NCBI RefSeq assembly: GCF_004010195.1
Contig: NC_057753.1
Location: forward strand, 7,989,733-8,053,732
Length of the DNA: 64,000 nucleotides
Source: Chiloscyllium plagiosum
Taxonomy: Eukaryota
Direction of reading: 5' to 3'
Shown here: piece after piece, positions 39,817 through 50,974 of the stretch
How the letters are laid out: each line of letters starts with the position of its first letter
Numbering within the stretch: position 1 is the stretch's first letter
Program-made: the position numbers and the translations under genes
The notes under the pieces: model-generated
Seen by the model: the letters and a program-made list of their open reading frames with translations, nothing else
What the model was told of the DNA's origin: nothing
Database searches by the model: none

Positions 39817-40524
39817 GGAATGTAGAAGTTCATTTCACAATCTTCTGGATCTCAACGTCACTAAATCAAACACCAGAGTTGAGATCTGGAGATGACCCCA
39901 ATTGTATGAGTGACACAGAGGGAAAGAAATCCTCATGAATTGTGGAATTGCTACTTAACTGGAATTTATTTGTAGGAAGAGGGAAACACGTAGAAGAAGG
40001 GAACAAGGTGTTTTTGTGATTCTTCCATGGGATGTGTGTATACCTGTTTAAGTCAGCCATTTAGACCATCCTGATTTTCTCTTAAACTGAGTGCATTGCT
40101 CGGCTGTTCCACAGGACAATAATGAGGGAGACCCATCTTGCTGTGGGTTTGCATTCACGAGGAGATATCAGCAGTGAAGGACAGTGCATAACAACCGCTA
40201 AGTGGTATCAGTAAGGCAGATGTCTATTTTACAAAAGTTGATGTCAGTTTCATGTGCTCTTTTTGGATTTCTCCAATTTCCTTATTCCCATGTGGACTAA
40301 AAATCCAGATTATTATCCTCGGAGTCCGTGTTATTAACACAGGTCTGACGACATTGATAGTGAATCCTTAATGATCTGGATGAAGGGACTGGGGGCATTC
40401 TAGCGAAGTTTGCCGATGATACAAACTTAGGTAGACAGGCAGGTAGTACTGAGGAAGTGGGGAGGCTGCAGAAGTATCTAGACAGTTTGGAGGAGTGGTC
40501 CAGGAAATGGCTGATGGAATTCAA

Positions 40525-40732
40525 TATAAGCAAATGCGAGGTCTTGCACTTTGGAAAAAAGAATAGAAGCATGGAATACTTTCTAAACGGTGAGAAAATT
40601 CGTAAAGCCAATGCGCTGTATTCTTCTATGTTCTATGTTCTATGTTCTATAAGCAAATGCGAGGTCTTGCACTTTGGAAAAAAGAATAGAAGCATGGATT
40701 ACTTTCCAAACGGTGAGAAAATTCGTAAAGCC
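40525..40732 (+). repeat. 85-bp direct repeat (40525-40609 and 40648-40732) around a 38-bp CR1 tail
   Basis: Two mismatches between copies; the insert matches 13849-13884. Confidence 0.9.
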
Positions 40733-41442
40733 CAAGTACAGAGGGATCTGGGAGTGCTAGTTGAGGATTCCCTAAAGGTAAACATGCAGGTTGAGTCCGT
40801 GATTAAGAAAGCGAATGCAATGTTGTCAATTATCTCAAGATGGTTGGAATATAAAAGCACTATTGTGCTCCTGAGACTTTATAAAGCTCTGGTTAGGCCC
40901 CATTTGGAGTACTGTGTCCAGTTTTGGTCCCCACACCTCAGGAAGGACATACTGGCATTGAAGCGTGTCCAGCGGAGATTCACACGGATAATCCCTGGAA
41001 TGGTACGTCTAATATATGAGGAATGGCTGAGAATCCTGGGATTGTATTCATTGGAGTTTAGAAAATTAAGGGGAGATCTAATAGAAACTTACAAGATAAT
41101 ACATGGCTTGGAGAGGGTGGAAGCTAGGAATTTTTTTCCATTAGGCGAGGAGACTAGGACACGTGGACACAGCCTTAGAATTAGAGGGGGTAAATTCAGA
41201 ACAGAAATGCGGAGACATTTCTTCAGCCAGAGAGTGGTGGGCCTGTGGAATTCATTGCCACAGAGTGCAGTGGAGGCTGGGACGCTAAATATCTTCAAGG
41301 CAGAAATTGATAAATTCTGGGAATTTAGGGCTACGGGGAGAATGCAGATAAGTGGAGTTGAAATGCCCATCAGCCATGATGGAATGGCGGAGTGAACTCG
41401 ATGGGCCGAATGGCCTTACTTCCACTCCTATGTCTTATAGTC

Positions 41443-42235
41443 NNNNNNNNNNNNNNNNNNNNNNNNNNNNNNNNNNNNNNNNNNNNNNNNNNNNNNNNNN
41501 NNNNNNNNNNNNNNNNNNNNNNNNNNNNNNNNNNNNNNNNNNNNNNNNNNNNNNNNNNNNNNNNNNNNNNNNNNNNNNNNNNNNNNNNNNNNNNNNNNNN
41601 NNNNNNNNNNNNNNNNNNNNNNNNNNNNNNNNNNNNNNNNNNNNNNNNNNNNNNNNNNNNNNNNNNNNNNNNNNNNNNNNNNNNNNNNNNNNNNNNNNNN
41701 NNNNNNNNNNNNNNNNNNNNNNNNNNNNNNNNNNNNNNNNNNNNNNNNNNNNNNNNNNNNNNNNNNNNNNNNNNNNNNNNNNNNNNNNNNNNNNNNNNNN
41801 NNNNNNNNNNNNNNNNNNNNNNNNNNNNNNNNNNNNNNNNNNNNNNNNNNNNNNNNNNNNNNNNNNNNNNNNNNNNNNNNNNNNNNNNNNNNNNNNNNNN
41901 NNNNNNNNNNNNNNNNNNNNNNNNNNNNNNNNNNNNNNNNNNNNNNNNNNNNNNNNNNNNNNNNNNNNNNNNNNNNNNNNNNNNNNNNNNNNNNNNNNNN
42001 NNNNNNNNNNNNNNNNNNNNNNNNNNNNNNNNNNNNNNNNNNNNNNNNNNNNNNNNNNNNNNNNNNNNNNNNNNNNNNNNNNNNNNNNNNNNNNNNNNNN
42101 NNNNNNNNNNNNNNNNNNNNNNNNNNNNNNNNNNNNNNNNNNNNNNNNNNNNNNNNNNNNNNNNNNNNNNNNNNNNNNNNNNNNNNNNNNNNNNNNNNNN
42201 NNNNNNNNNNNNNNNNNNNNNNNNNNNNNNNNNNN
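41443..42235. other. Assembly gap
   Basis: Run of N. Confidence 1.
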
Positions 42236-42578
42236 AGGACCCGTGGACACAGCCTTAGAATTAGAGGGGGTAAATTCAGAACAGAAATGCGGAGACATTT
42301 CTTCAGCCAGAGAGTGGTGGGCCTGTGGAATTCATTGCCACAGAGTGCAGTGGAGGCTGGGACGCTAAATGTCTTCAAGGCAGAAATTGATAAATTCTTG
42401 ATGTCAGAAGGAATTAAGGGCTACGGGGAGAATGTGGGTTAGTGGAGTTGAAATGCATATCAGCCATGAATGAATGGCGGAGTGGACTCTATGGGCCGAA
42501 TGGCCTTACTTCCGCTCCTATGTCTTATGATCTTATGGTCTTATTGGCAAGAAGAAAATTTCATATTTCAGGTATAAT

Positions 42579-43154
42579 TGTTATGGACCAGGTCAGACAC
42601 CCCAAAACATTTTAAGAAGGTAGCCCAAAGCCTAACTTCTCCAACTGTTTTAAATGTAAAGTGAATATTCCAGGTTTGATGCAACTGGTCAAACCACTCG
42701 ATTTTAAACAAAACAGAATTTATTTACACACGAACAAAAGAAATCCGAATTTAGAAAACCATGACTAACACAACTTCACAAAGAGCTGTTACGATTGCAT
42801 GCAATATCCAATAAACACACCTTTTCTGAATAAGATAAATTCAAAAACAGAGTCTTATGTGAAAGAAAATAACAGAAAGTGGGAGATGTTTAGCCTCAGG
42901 CTGTTTCTTTGGGTCCTAAGCAAAAGCTGGCACAAAACTTTTAAAAACCTCTGAACTGAGACAACTGGCCAGTTTCCATTCATTCTATAATTGTTAAAAA
43001 AAACTGTATGCATTTGCTAATTGTTCAGTTAGGAAGCACCTCTCAGCCATTATTACAGTAGCCAGTTCGGACATTTCAGCACCTCTGGAATTTCAACCCC
43101 TGTCGAAAAATAAACCAAAGGCAGAACTCACTTGTTCAACAAACAGTTTCGACA
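42579..43154 (-). mobile_element. Probable solo LTR (Gypsy-type)
   Basis: Minus strand begins TGTCGAAAC and ends ttttggggtgtctgacctggtccatAACA. Confidence 0.55.
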
Positions 43155-43284
43155 CAGCACTTTCAATGTAAGTGGATAGGCAGCCAAAAGGGAGTTGAAA
43201 CAGTTGAGTCGGTTTTGACAAAGCCACAGAACCTGCAATGAGACTGAGGTTGGGACTGCCATGTTATGCTAGCGATAGAAAAAA

Positions 43285-44710
43285 AAGAAAAAGAAAATGT
43301 TCAGCCCAAGAATAGGTACTTCGGCCCTCCAAGCATGAGCCAATTCAAATGTACTGTATAAACCTGTCGCTCAATTTCTAAACATCTATATCCCTCTGTT
43401 CCCCACCTACTAATGCACTTGTACAGACGCATCTTAAATGAATTATACAATGCGTGCCTCTACCATCTTTGCTGGCAACGCGTTCCAAACGCCCAAGAAC
43501 CTCTGTGTGAAGTACTTACCACGTGTATCCCCCTTAAACTTTAAACCTCTTACCTTGAAAGCGTGACTGCTCGGTATTGAATCCTTCAGCCTGGTAAAAA
43601 GCTTGTCTTTATCCACTCTGTCTATTAACCTTCATAATTTTGTAATCCTCAATCAGGTCCACCCTCAATCTCCTTTTTTGCTAGTGAAAATAAACCTAAC
43701 CTACTCAATCTTCCTTCATAGAACATAGAAAAATACAGCGCAGAACAGGCTCTTCGGCACTCGATGTTGTGCCGACCTTTGAAATATTCTTAATTCGTCG
43801 CCCTACACTATCCTTAAATCATCCATATGTTTATTTAAGGATTGTTAAGTCTCCCTAATGTGGCTGAGTTGACAAAATTAGCGGATAGGGCATTCCATGC
43901 CCTTGCCACTCTCTGCTTAAAGAACCTGCCTCTGACATCTGCATTAAATCTATAACCCCTCAATTTGTAGATATGCCACCTCGTACACGTTGAAGTCATC
44001 ATTCTAGGAAAAAGAATAGGATAGCCAGCACCTTCCATACCAGGCAACAACCTTCTCTGCACCCTCTCCAAAGCGTCCACAGCCTTTTGGTAATGTGGCG
44101 ACCCAGAAGTGCATACAGTATTCTAAATGGGGCCGAACCAACGTTGTGTACAATGTTAACATGACCTGCCAGCTCTTATACTCAATACCCCGTCCAATGA
44201 ATGCAAATATACTATATGCCTTCTTGACCACTCTATTTACCTGTGCAGCAATCTTCAGGATACAATGGACTTTCACTTCCAGATCTCTCTGCCCATCAAT
44301 CTTTCCCAAGGCTCTTCCGTTCTTTGTATAAGTCGCTCTAGAATTAGTCTTGCCTAAATGCGTCACCCCACATTTTTCTGGATTGAAAACCATCTGCCTC
44401 GTTCCTGCCCAACTCTCCAGTCTATCTATATCCTCGTGTATTCTTTGACAGTTCCTTATACTTTCTGCTACTCCACCAATCTTCGTGTCATCTGCAAACT
44501 GGCTGATCATACAAGTACCCTCTTCCTGATCATTTATGTATATTACAAACAACAGTGGCTCCAACACTGATCCCTGTGGAACACCACTGGTCACCTTTTT
44601 CCATTTCGAGAAACTCCCTTCAACTGTCTCTTGTTGCTCAACTAGTTCTTTTTCCACCTCGCTAGAAGACCCTGCACACCATGTGATTTCACTTTCACCA
44701 TTAGACTACG
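43285..44710 (-). mobile_element. Nested CR1 3' fragments
   Basis: VTSGVPQGSVLEPLLF..QFADDTKIGG..LYTTLVRPHLEYC; antisense tail catagaacataga at 43716. Confidence 0.85.
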
Positions 44711-45018
44711 TTGAGGAAATACAAAGTGATCGTGTCATAGAGTCATGCAACACAGAAACAAACCCTTCAGTTGTGATGCTAGAAAGAATCTAGAGACATA
44801 AGGCAAATAGAACGGTGCAAGCAGTCTGGTTCCGCAGATATTGACCATAGAAGGGATTATATTTGTATATTTGTAATTGGTAACAGCAACTATTTTATAA
44901 TTTGGAAAGAATGACGTTTTAATCGGTCCTGACAATATTAATTCCCACTTTACAAAATATAAATGCCAAAAGCAGCAATACTTTTCAACCTGTTTTAATA
45001 GACCGACAATTGACTTAC

Positions 45019-45256
45019 CAGGAACACCAACAATAGCAAGGATTGGGTAGTAACCACTTTGAATAACGAAAAGTAAATAATAGATCCGCCATGATAGTGA
45101 TATCTGATCCTGAGAAAGCCAGTAAAGACCTATGGATAAACTGCGGTCCTTTGTCATAACATTCCAGCCAGCTGTTCTCAGATTCTGATCCATTGTTGTA
45201 ACATTCCAGTCTATTATTCTGAGAATCAAATCTAGTTTTGTTCCATTCGGATCCAT
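45019..45256 (-). CDS. Exon 1 of GPR139/GPR142-like class A GPCR (N-terminus and first half of TM1)
   Basis: ATG in a strong Kozak context (gaacgATGG). 79 codons plus 1 nt ending ...YYPILAIVGVP, then donor G|GTAAGT at 45018. Phase 1 joins exon 2 to give GVP-VN, the TM1 GxxxN motif. Confidence 0.9.
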
Positions 45257-47187
45257 CGTTCCTCAATTCTGATCTTTCCTCCCCCTCTCTCTCGAGCTGC
45301 TGACCCCTGTGTGTGTCGGTAGTGATGCTGTCAATGAGACTGTCAGATAATACGTTGAAAGGGACCTTTATTAATGGAAAAGAGAAAACAGTTGGTGACA
45401 TAATTAGGATCCCTCGTGGCCCGATATTAATCATGGTGCCAAACCAAACATGTTCAATTCAACACTTTTTTTTTCAATGTGAAATAATGCAGAGATTTTG
45501 GATGGAATATATGAGAATCACTGAGGGAAGAAACGTTGAAAATAGTGCAGAGATTGCGTGTAATCATTCATTGCAGCGATACCAAAAAATGTTGGGACAT
45601 AGATATGCATCTCTGGCCATAACAGGAGATACACATTCTGTAAATTCTGAACAGTCATTATAATGATAATGTAATATTAAGGGAATGTTCAATGTCCATC
45701 CCAGAGGGAAAATGTGCTTGAGAAATCAAGGTTTAAAACAGACAAACGGTATGGTTGTTAATCGTGAAAGATACCTGACGAAAACAAGTCTGATCCTCAA
45801 TGCAGGATCAGAGAAGGTGATGCTGTTGATGTTATTTATGTCAATAATTTGCAATCAAAGGCATTGACTGGACTGCAATGAAAGTGTGAATATGACACTA
45901 GTGAAAACACAGCAAACAGAGAGAAATGGCAGACATGGCTGTTCAGAGTTGACAGGAGGATAATGAAATTCTCCAGCTGTCAGGTTTGGAATACTACTCA
46001 TACGAAAAGCAGATTCAAGCACGCATCTACTATGAAGAAATTAGAGAGACAATGTTAAGTAACTACGGCAATTCCACACAGAATGCAGGGAGAGAATGAC
46101 ATTCTGGGCAAACTAATACGACACTGATAATATAAAGCCATGATAGTGATATCTGATCCTGAGAAAGCCAGTAAAGACCTATGGATAAACTGCGGTCCTT
46201 TGTCATAACATTCCAGCCAGCTGTTCTCAGATTCTGATCCATTGTTGTAACATTCCAGTCTATTATTCTGAGAATCAAATCTAGTTTTGTTCCATTCGGA
46301 TCCATCGTTCCTCAATTCTGATCTTTCCTCCCCCTCTCTCTCGAGCTGCTGACTCCTGTGTGTGTCGGTAGTGATGGTGCCAATGAGGCTGTCAGATAAT
46401 ACGTTGAAAGGGACCTTTATTAATGGAAAAAGAGAAAACAGTTGGTGACATAATTAGGATCCCTGGCGGCCCGATATTAATCATGGTGCCAAAACAAACA
46501 TGTTCAGTCAACGCCTTTCAATTCAACACTTTTTATCAATGTGAAATAATGCAGAGATTTTGGATGGAATATATGAGAATCACTGAGGGTAGAAACGTTG
46601 AAAATAATGCAGTAATTGCGTGTAATCATTCATTGCAGCGATACCAAACAATGTTGGGACATAGATATGCATCTCTGGCCATAACAGGAGATGTACATTT
46701 TGCAAATTCTGAACAGTCATTGTAGTGATAATGTAATATTAAGGGAATTTTCCACGTCCATACTCGAGGGGAAATCTGCTTAAGAAATCAATGTTTAAAA
46801 CAGACAAACGGTATGGTTGTTAATCGTGAAACATACCTGACGAAAACAAGTCTGATCCTCAATGCAGGATCAGAGAAGGTGATGCTGTTGATGTTATTTA
46901 TGTCAATAATTTGCAATCAAAAGCATTGACTGGACTGCAATGAAAGTGTGAATATGACACTAGTGAAAACACAGGAAACAGAGAGAAATGGGAGACATGG
47001 ATGTTCAGATTGGACAGGAGGATAATGAAATTCTCCAACTGTCAGGTTTGGAATACTACTCATACAAAAAGCACGCATTTATATGAAGAAATTAGAGAGA
47101 CAATGTTAAGTAACTGGGGGAATTCCACACAGAATGCAGGGAGAGAATGACATTCTGGGCAAACTAATACGACACTGATAATATAAA
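45088..47187. repeat. Tandem duplication of about 1.05 kb (45088-46136 and 46137-47187) containing the GPCR promoter region and 5' part of exon 1
   Basis: Both units start gccatgatagtgatatc and end acactgataatataaa; duplicated ORFs in the track. Confidence 0.95.
46137..46305 (-). pseudogene. Truncated duplicate of GPCR exon 1 (codons 1-56, no splice donor)
   Basis: Identical to 45088-45256 up to ...QISLSW, then runs into upstream flank sequence of the neighbouring repeat unit and stops at 46063. Confidence 0.85.
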
Positions 47188-48043
47188 CAGAAGAGTCTCC
47201 TAAAATGTAATCATGGTATCGAGGTTCATAAATAGAAATGCTGATTAGAAAACCATGGATGTGATGGAAAACCTTTCTGAATCATTATTCGATTCTCGTC
47301 TCTTGCCCGTTCTCAGTGACACACACATCACTGCGAACGTAGGTGCATACGACTTAGGAGTAATTGTAAGCAATTAAGCCATTCAAGCCCGCCCCATCAT
47401 TTCACACTATCATGGCTCATCTCATCCTGGTCTCAATTTCATTTTCCAGCTTGCTCCTCATCGCACGTTACCCCGCTTTATTTCTTTACTGAGTCTGTTC
47501 ATTGATTTTGCCTCCAGACTACCCGAGGGGGCGACCTCCACAGATGTGCCTTGATGAATAATGTGTTCTGTGATCTTTCATCTGAACACAATTGTTGTAT
47601 CCCTGTTACCAACTTGCCTGGTCAATGAAAACCACAGAAATAAGCTTTTTTTACATTTGGAATAAAGTAGCTTAGTGCTACAGTCAGGCTCACGCAGACC
47701 TTGGAAGTTTGCGTTTTCCTTTCCTTTGATGAAGCGAGGGTAATGGAGAAATTTCCAGCGCTTTGTCTGCTACTGGAAAAACTTGAGTTATCTTTTTTTT
47801 CGCTTGGTCTATGTTTTCGGGTTTCCTCTTTCTCCTTGAATGGAGATATCAAGGAAAGAAGCTCTACTTTGCTGAACTCGCCATGACTACGGATGCTGAA
47901 AGGACGCAGCTACATTGGAACAGTTAATGAGTAGCAGTCAAAAAACATACGTCATTTTGTGAAATGTTTGGATCGAATTACAGTCACGTTAGTTCATTTA
48001 CCTTAGTGTTTCAACTGCAATGTAAGAATCAACTATTCAAACT

Positions 48044-48710
48044 TTGTGCGAAGATTTGTAGCTCGGGTGCTCGTTGTTGTGGTCCTGTTCGCCGAGCTGG
48101 AAGTTTTTGTTGCAAACGTTTCGTCCCCTGGCTAGGCGACATCATCAGTGCTTGGGAGCCTCCTGCGAAGCGCTTCTTTGATGTTTCCTCCGGTGTTTAT
48201 AGGGGTCTGCCCCTGCCGCTTCCGGTTATCAGTTTCAGCTGTCCGCTATAGTGGTTGGTATATTGTGTCCAGGTCGATGTGATTGTTGATGGAGTTTGTG
48301 GATCAATGCCATGCCTCTAGGAATTCCCTGGCTGTCCTCTGTCTGGCTTGCCCTATGATAGTAGTGTTGTCCCAGTCGAATTCATGTTGCTTGTTGTCTG
48401 CGTGTGTGGCTACTAAGGATAGCTGGTCGTGTCGTTTCGTGGCAAGTTGATGTTCATGTATGCGGATTGGTAGCTGTCTTTCGTTCTGGTGAGTTGTTGT
48501 CTGAGCGTGGCTGTTGGTTTGTGTGCCGTTATGAGTCCTAGGGGTCGCAGTAGTCTGGCTGTCAGTTCCGAGATGCTCCTGATGTATGGTAGTGTGGCTA
48601 GTCCTTTTGGTTGTGGTATGTCCTCGTTCTGTGGTCTTTCTCTTCGGCATCTGTTGATGAAGTTGCGCGGGTATCCGTTTTTGGCGAAAGGTGGTATTGC
48701 GGAAAGGAGC
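48044..48710 (-). mobile_element. Penelope-like element 3' part, same family as 6195-6690, with an internal deletion removing the GIY-YIG motif
   Basis: FAKNGYPRNFINRC..LATLPYIRSISE..TRTKD joined directly to RQLPIRIHEHQL..FLEAWH. Confidence 0.88.
48112..48151 (-). ncRNA. Minimal type I hammerhead ribozyme in Penelope pLTR
   Basis: gca-CUGAUGA-U-[GUCgCCU agcc AGGgGAC]-GAAA-CGUU-ugc; core intact. Confidence 0.75.
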
Positions 48711-48988
48711 AATAATTAATAGGTAGGAGATTATTTCGGGGTAAGGGAGTTTCAGGCCACAGTACAAAAGCGTTTTTTATTGGTCTGAACTGCGAAAGAA
48801 TGTGTATGAAAATTGTCGTAAATGTGATGCCGGAAATGTATTCTGTCTCATGTAATTGTAAATCTGAGGGAGTGGTCTACACTGCAAACGAAATACACAT
48901 TCCCACCTTCGTTATAAGTCTGTATCCTCTGACTAAGTAAGCTCTGCATCTGTCTTGCCAGCTTACCGACTGCCAACGTTCACGCCAG

Positions 48989-49282
48989 TGTGGGGGCATC
49001 ATGGTTGCTCAGTTACTTCGCAGTGCCAGGAATCAGGGTTCAATTCCAGCCTCGGGTGACTGTCCGTGTGGAGTTTGCTCGTTCTCCCAGTGTCTGCGAT
49101 GGTTTCGTCCCACACCACAAAATTGTGCCCGCCTGGTGTACTGTTCATGCTAAATTGCCCATAGTGTTGGGTGCATTTGTCAGGGGTAAATGTAGGGAGG
49201 TGGGTTTCTCTTTGGAGAGTCGGTGTGGACTTTTTGGGCTGCAAAGCCTTTTTCTGTATTGTAGGGAATCTAAGCTTATCTT
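48989..49282 (+). mobile_element. Diverged V-SINE
   Basis: gggttcaattccagcctcgggtgactgtccgtgtggagtttgc. Confidence 0.75.
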
Positions 49283-49284
49283 AC

Positions 49285-50474
49285 CCCAATTCCATATGAC
49301 TTCACCATTTGTACCAGTCAGTCATGATGTACCTTGTGAAATGCTTTACTGAAGCCAATGGACACAATGTGAGTCACATTTTCTTTCATTATTCATCTTC
49401 ATCAACGTCAAAAACCTAATTAAGTTAGGAAGGCACGACCACTCCGCACAAAACAATGTTGTCCATCACTAATAGGGACATTTGCTTTCATAAGCATTAA
49501 ATTGTTGCCGCTTTCAATCTTTTCCAATGCTTTGCCTACCACCGACGTGAGGCTCACGGACTCATACGTTCCAGGATTATCACTTCATCTCTACTTCAAC
49601 AATGGATAGCATTCATTATTCTCCTTCCTCTGCGACTGCACCTGTGGCCTGACAGAATTCAAATGTGTCTGCCAATGTACTAACAATGTGTTCGATTCAC
49701 GTCCTCAATACATTGGAGTCGGTCCCGTCAGGACCAGGACTTTGTCTGACTTGATTCCCAAGCCACATGAAAGTGAGAGCCCGTGCCTTTGTGACTGAGG
49801 TTCAGAAAGAGTGAGGGAGAGGCTGGGTAGCGGGAAGAGAGATTGAGAGATAGAATTTAACACGGAGTTAAGGAGAGAGAGAGAACATGAGAGAGATAGA
49901 GAGAATGAAGAAAACTCAGGAGAGAAAATAAAGACAAATGAAATTTGGGGAAGGTGGATGAGCAAGTGGGGTATAGAGCAAGTGGGGGAAAGAGAGAGCA
50001 AGTGGGGGATAGAGGAAGGGAGAAGGCGAAAAGTATTTTGAAGAGCCAAGAAAGGAAAGAATTAGAGAGAGTGGGGGTCAGAGGAAGAGATTTATGGAGA
50101 GACTGTTGAAATTTTGCTTGAGGGAGTATGGTTGATCGGGAGTGCAGGATGGAAGAGTGTGAAGGAAACCGGCAGAGGGAGAAATATTAAAGGAGAATGA
50201 GAAAATGTAACGACGATCACAGCTGGAGAGACGAGCGAGAGTGGGAAGGTTCAAATCTGGGAGTGAGATGGGTTGGAAGGGAGATTTTAATGGAGAGTTC
50301 TCAATTTGCATAAATCAATCTTCTTAGCTCAGCCTCGTCCCCTCTCCTTTCCCCAAGGAGCTGGAATAGAACCGAATCGATCCTTCTCCAGTTCAGCTAC
50401 TTCAGCAAAATGACAAACGACAACGTAGTTAGTTCTGCTGTTTGACACTTTTTAATGATCATTCTTATCATTGA
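49285..50474 (-). other. Diverged paralog of the GPCR 3' flank (CR1 piece, GA tract, unique 3' sequence)
   Basis: Colinear with about 27115-28295: cctttgtg(g/a)ctgag junction, and 50328-50470 vs 28151-28291. Confidence 0.75.
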
Positions 50475-50974
50475 NNNNNNNNNNNNNNNNNNNNNNNNNN
50501 NNNNNNNNNNNNNNNNNNNNNNNNNNNNNNNNNNNNNNNNNNNNNNNNNNNNNNNNNNNNNNNNNNNNNNNNNNNNNNNNNNNNNNNNNNNNNNNNNNNN
50601 NNNNNNNNNNNNNNNNNNNNNNNNNNNNNNNNNNNNNNNNNNNNNNNNNNNNNNNNNNNNNNNNNNNNNNNNNNNNNNNNNNNNNNNNNNNNNNNNNNNN
50701 NNNNNNNNNNNNNNNNNNNNNNNNNNNNNNNNNNNNNNNNNNNNNNNNNNNNNNNNNNNNNNNNNNNNNNNNNNNNNNNNNNNNNNNNNNNNNNNNNNNN
50801 NNNNNNNNNNNNNNNNNNNNNNNNNNNNNNNNNNNNNNNNNNNNNNNNNNNNNNNNNNNNNNNNNNNNNNNNNNNNNNNNNNNNNNNNNNNNNNNNNNNN
50901 NNNNNNNNNNNNNNNNNNNNNNNNNNNNNNNNNNNNNNNNNNNNNNNNNNNNNNNNNNNNNNNNNNNNNNNNNN
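50475..50974. other. Assembly gap
   Basis: Run of N. Confidence 1.

Larger units (their letters stand above)
40361..42545 (+). mobile_element. Young 5'-truncated CR1 (RT C-terminus and 3'UTR), 3' end seen on both sides of the gap
   Basis: KFADDTNLG, a 312-aa open frame and a (TCTTATG)-type tail. Confidence 0.9.

Noticed and set aside
41352..42378. Long ORFs spanning N runs (also at 6666-7064 and 50397-51048)
   Set aside because: Artefacts of translating gaps.
41156..42545. CR1 3' end repeated on both sides of the gap as a biological tandem
   Set aside because: Cannot be distinguished from overlapping contig ends or haplotypes.
44735..45018. C-terminal extension of the 173-aa ORF
   Set aside because: Read-through past the GTAAGT donor into the intron.
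45355..45430. TATA-like (TAATAAA on the minus strand) and homeodomain-like TAATTA sites upstream of exon 1
   Set aside because: Short AT-rich motifs are expected by chance and no transcription start is known.
45775..45800. CTGACGA followed by AAAC as a hammerhead
   Set aside because: No stem II between the core segments.
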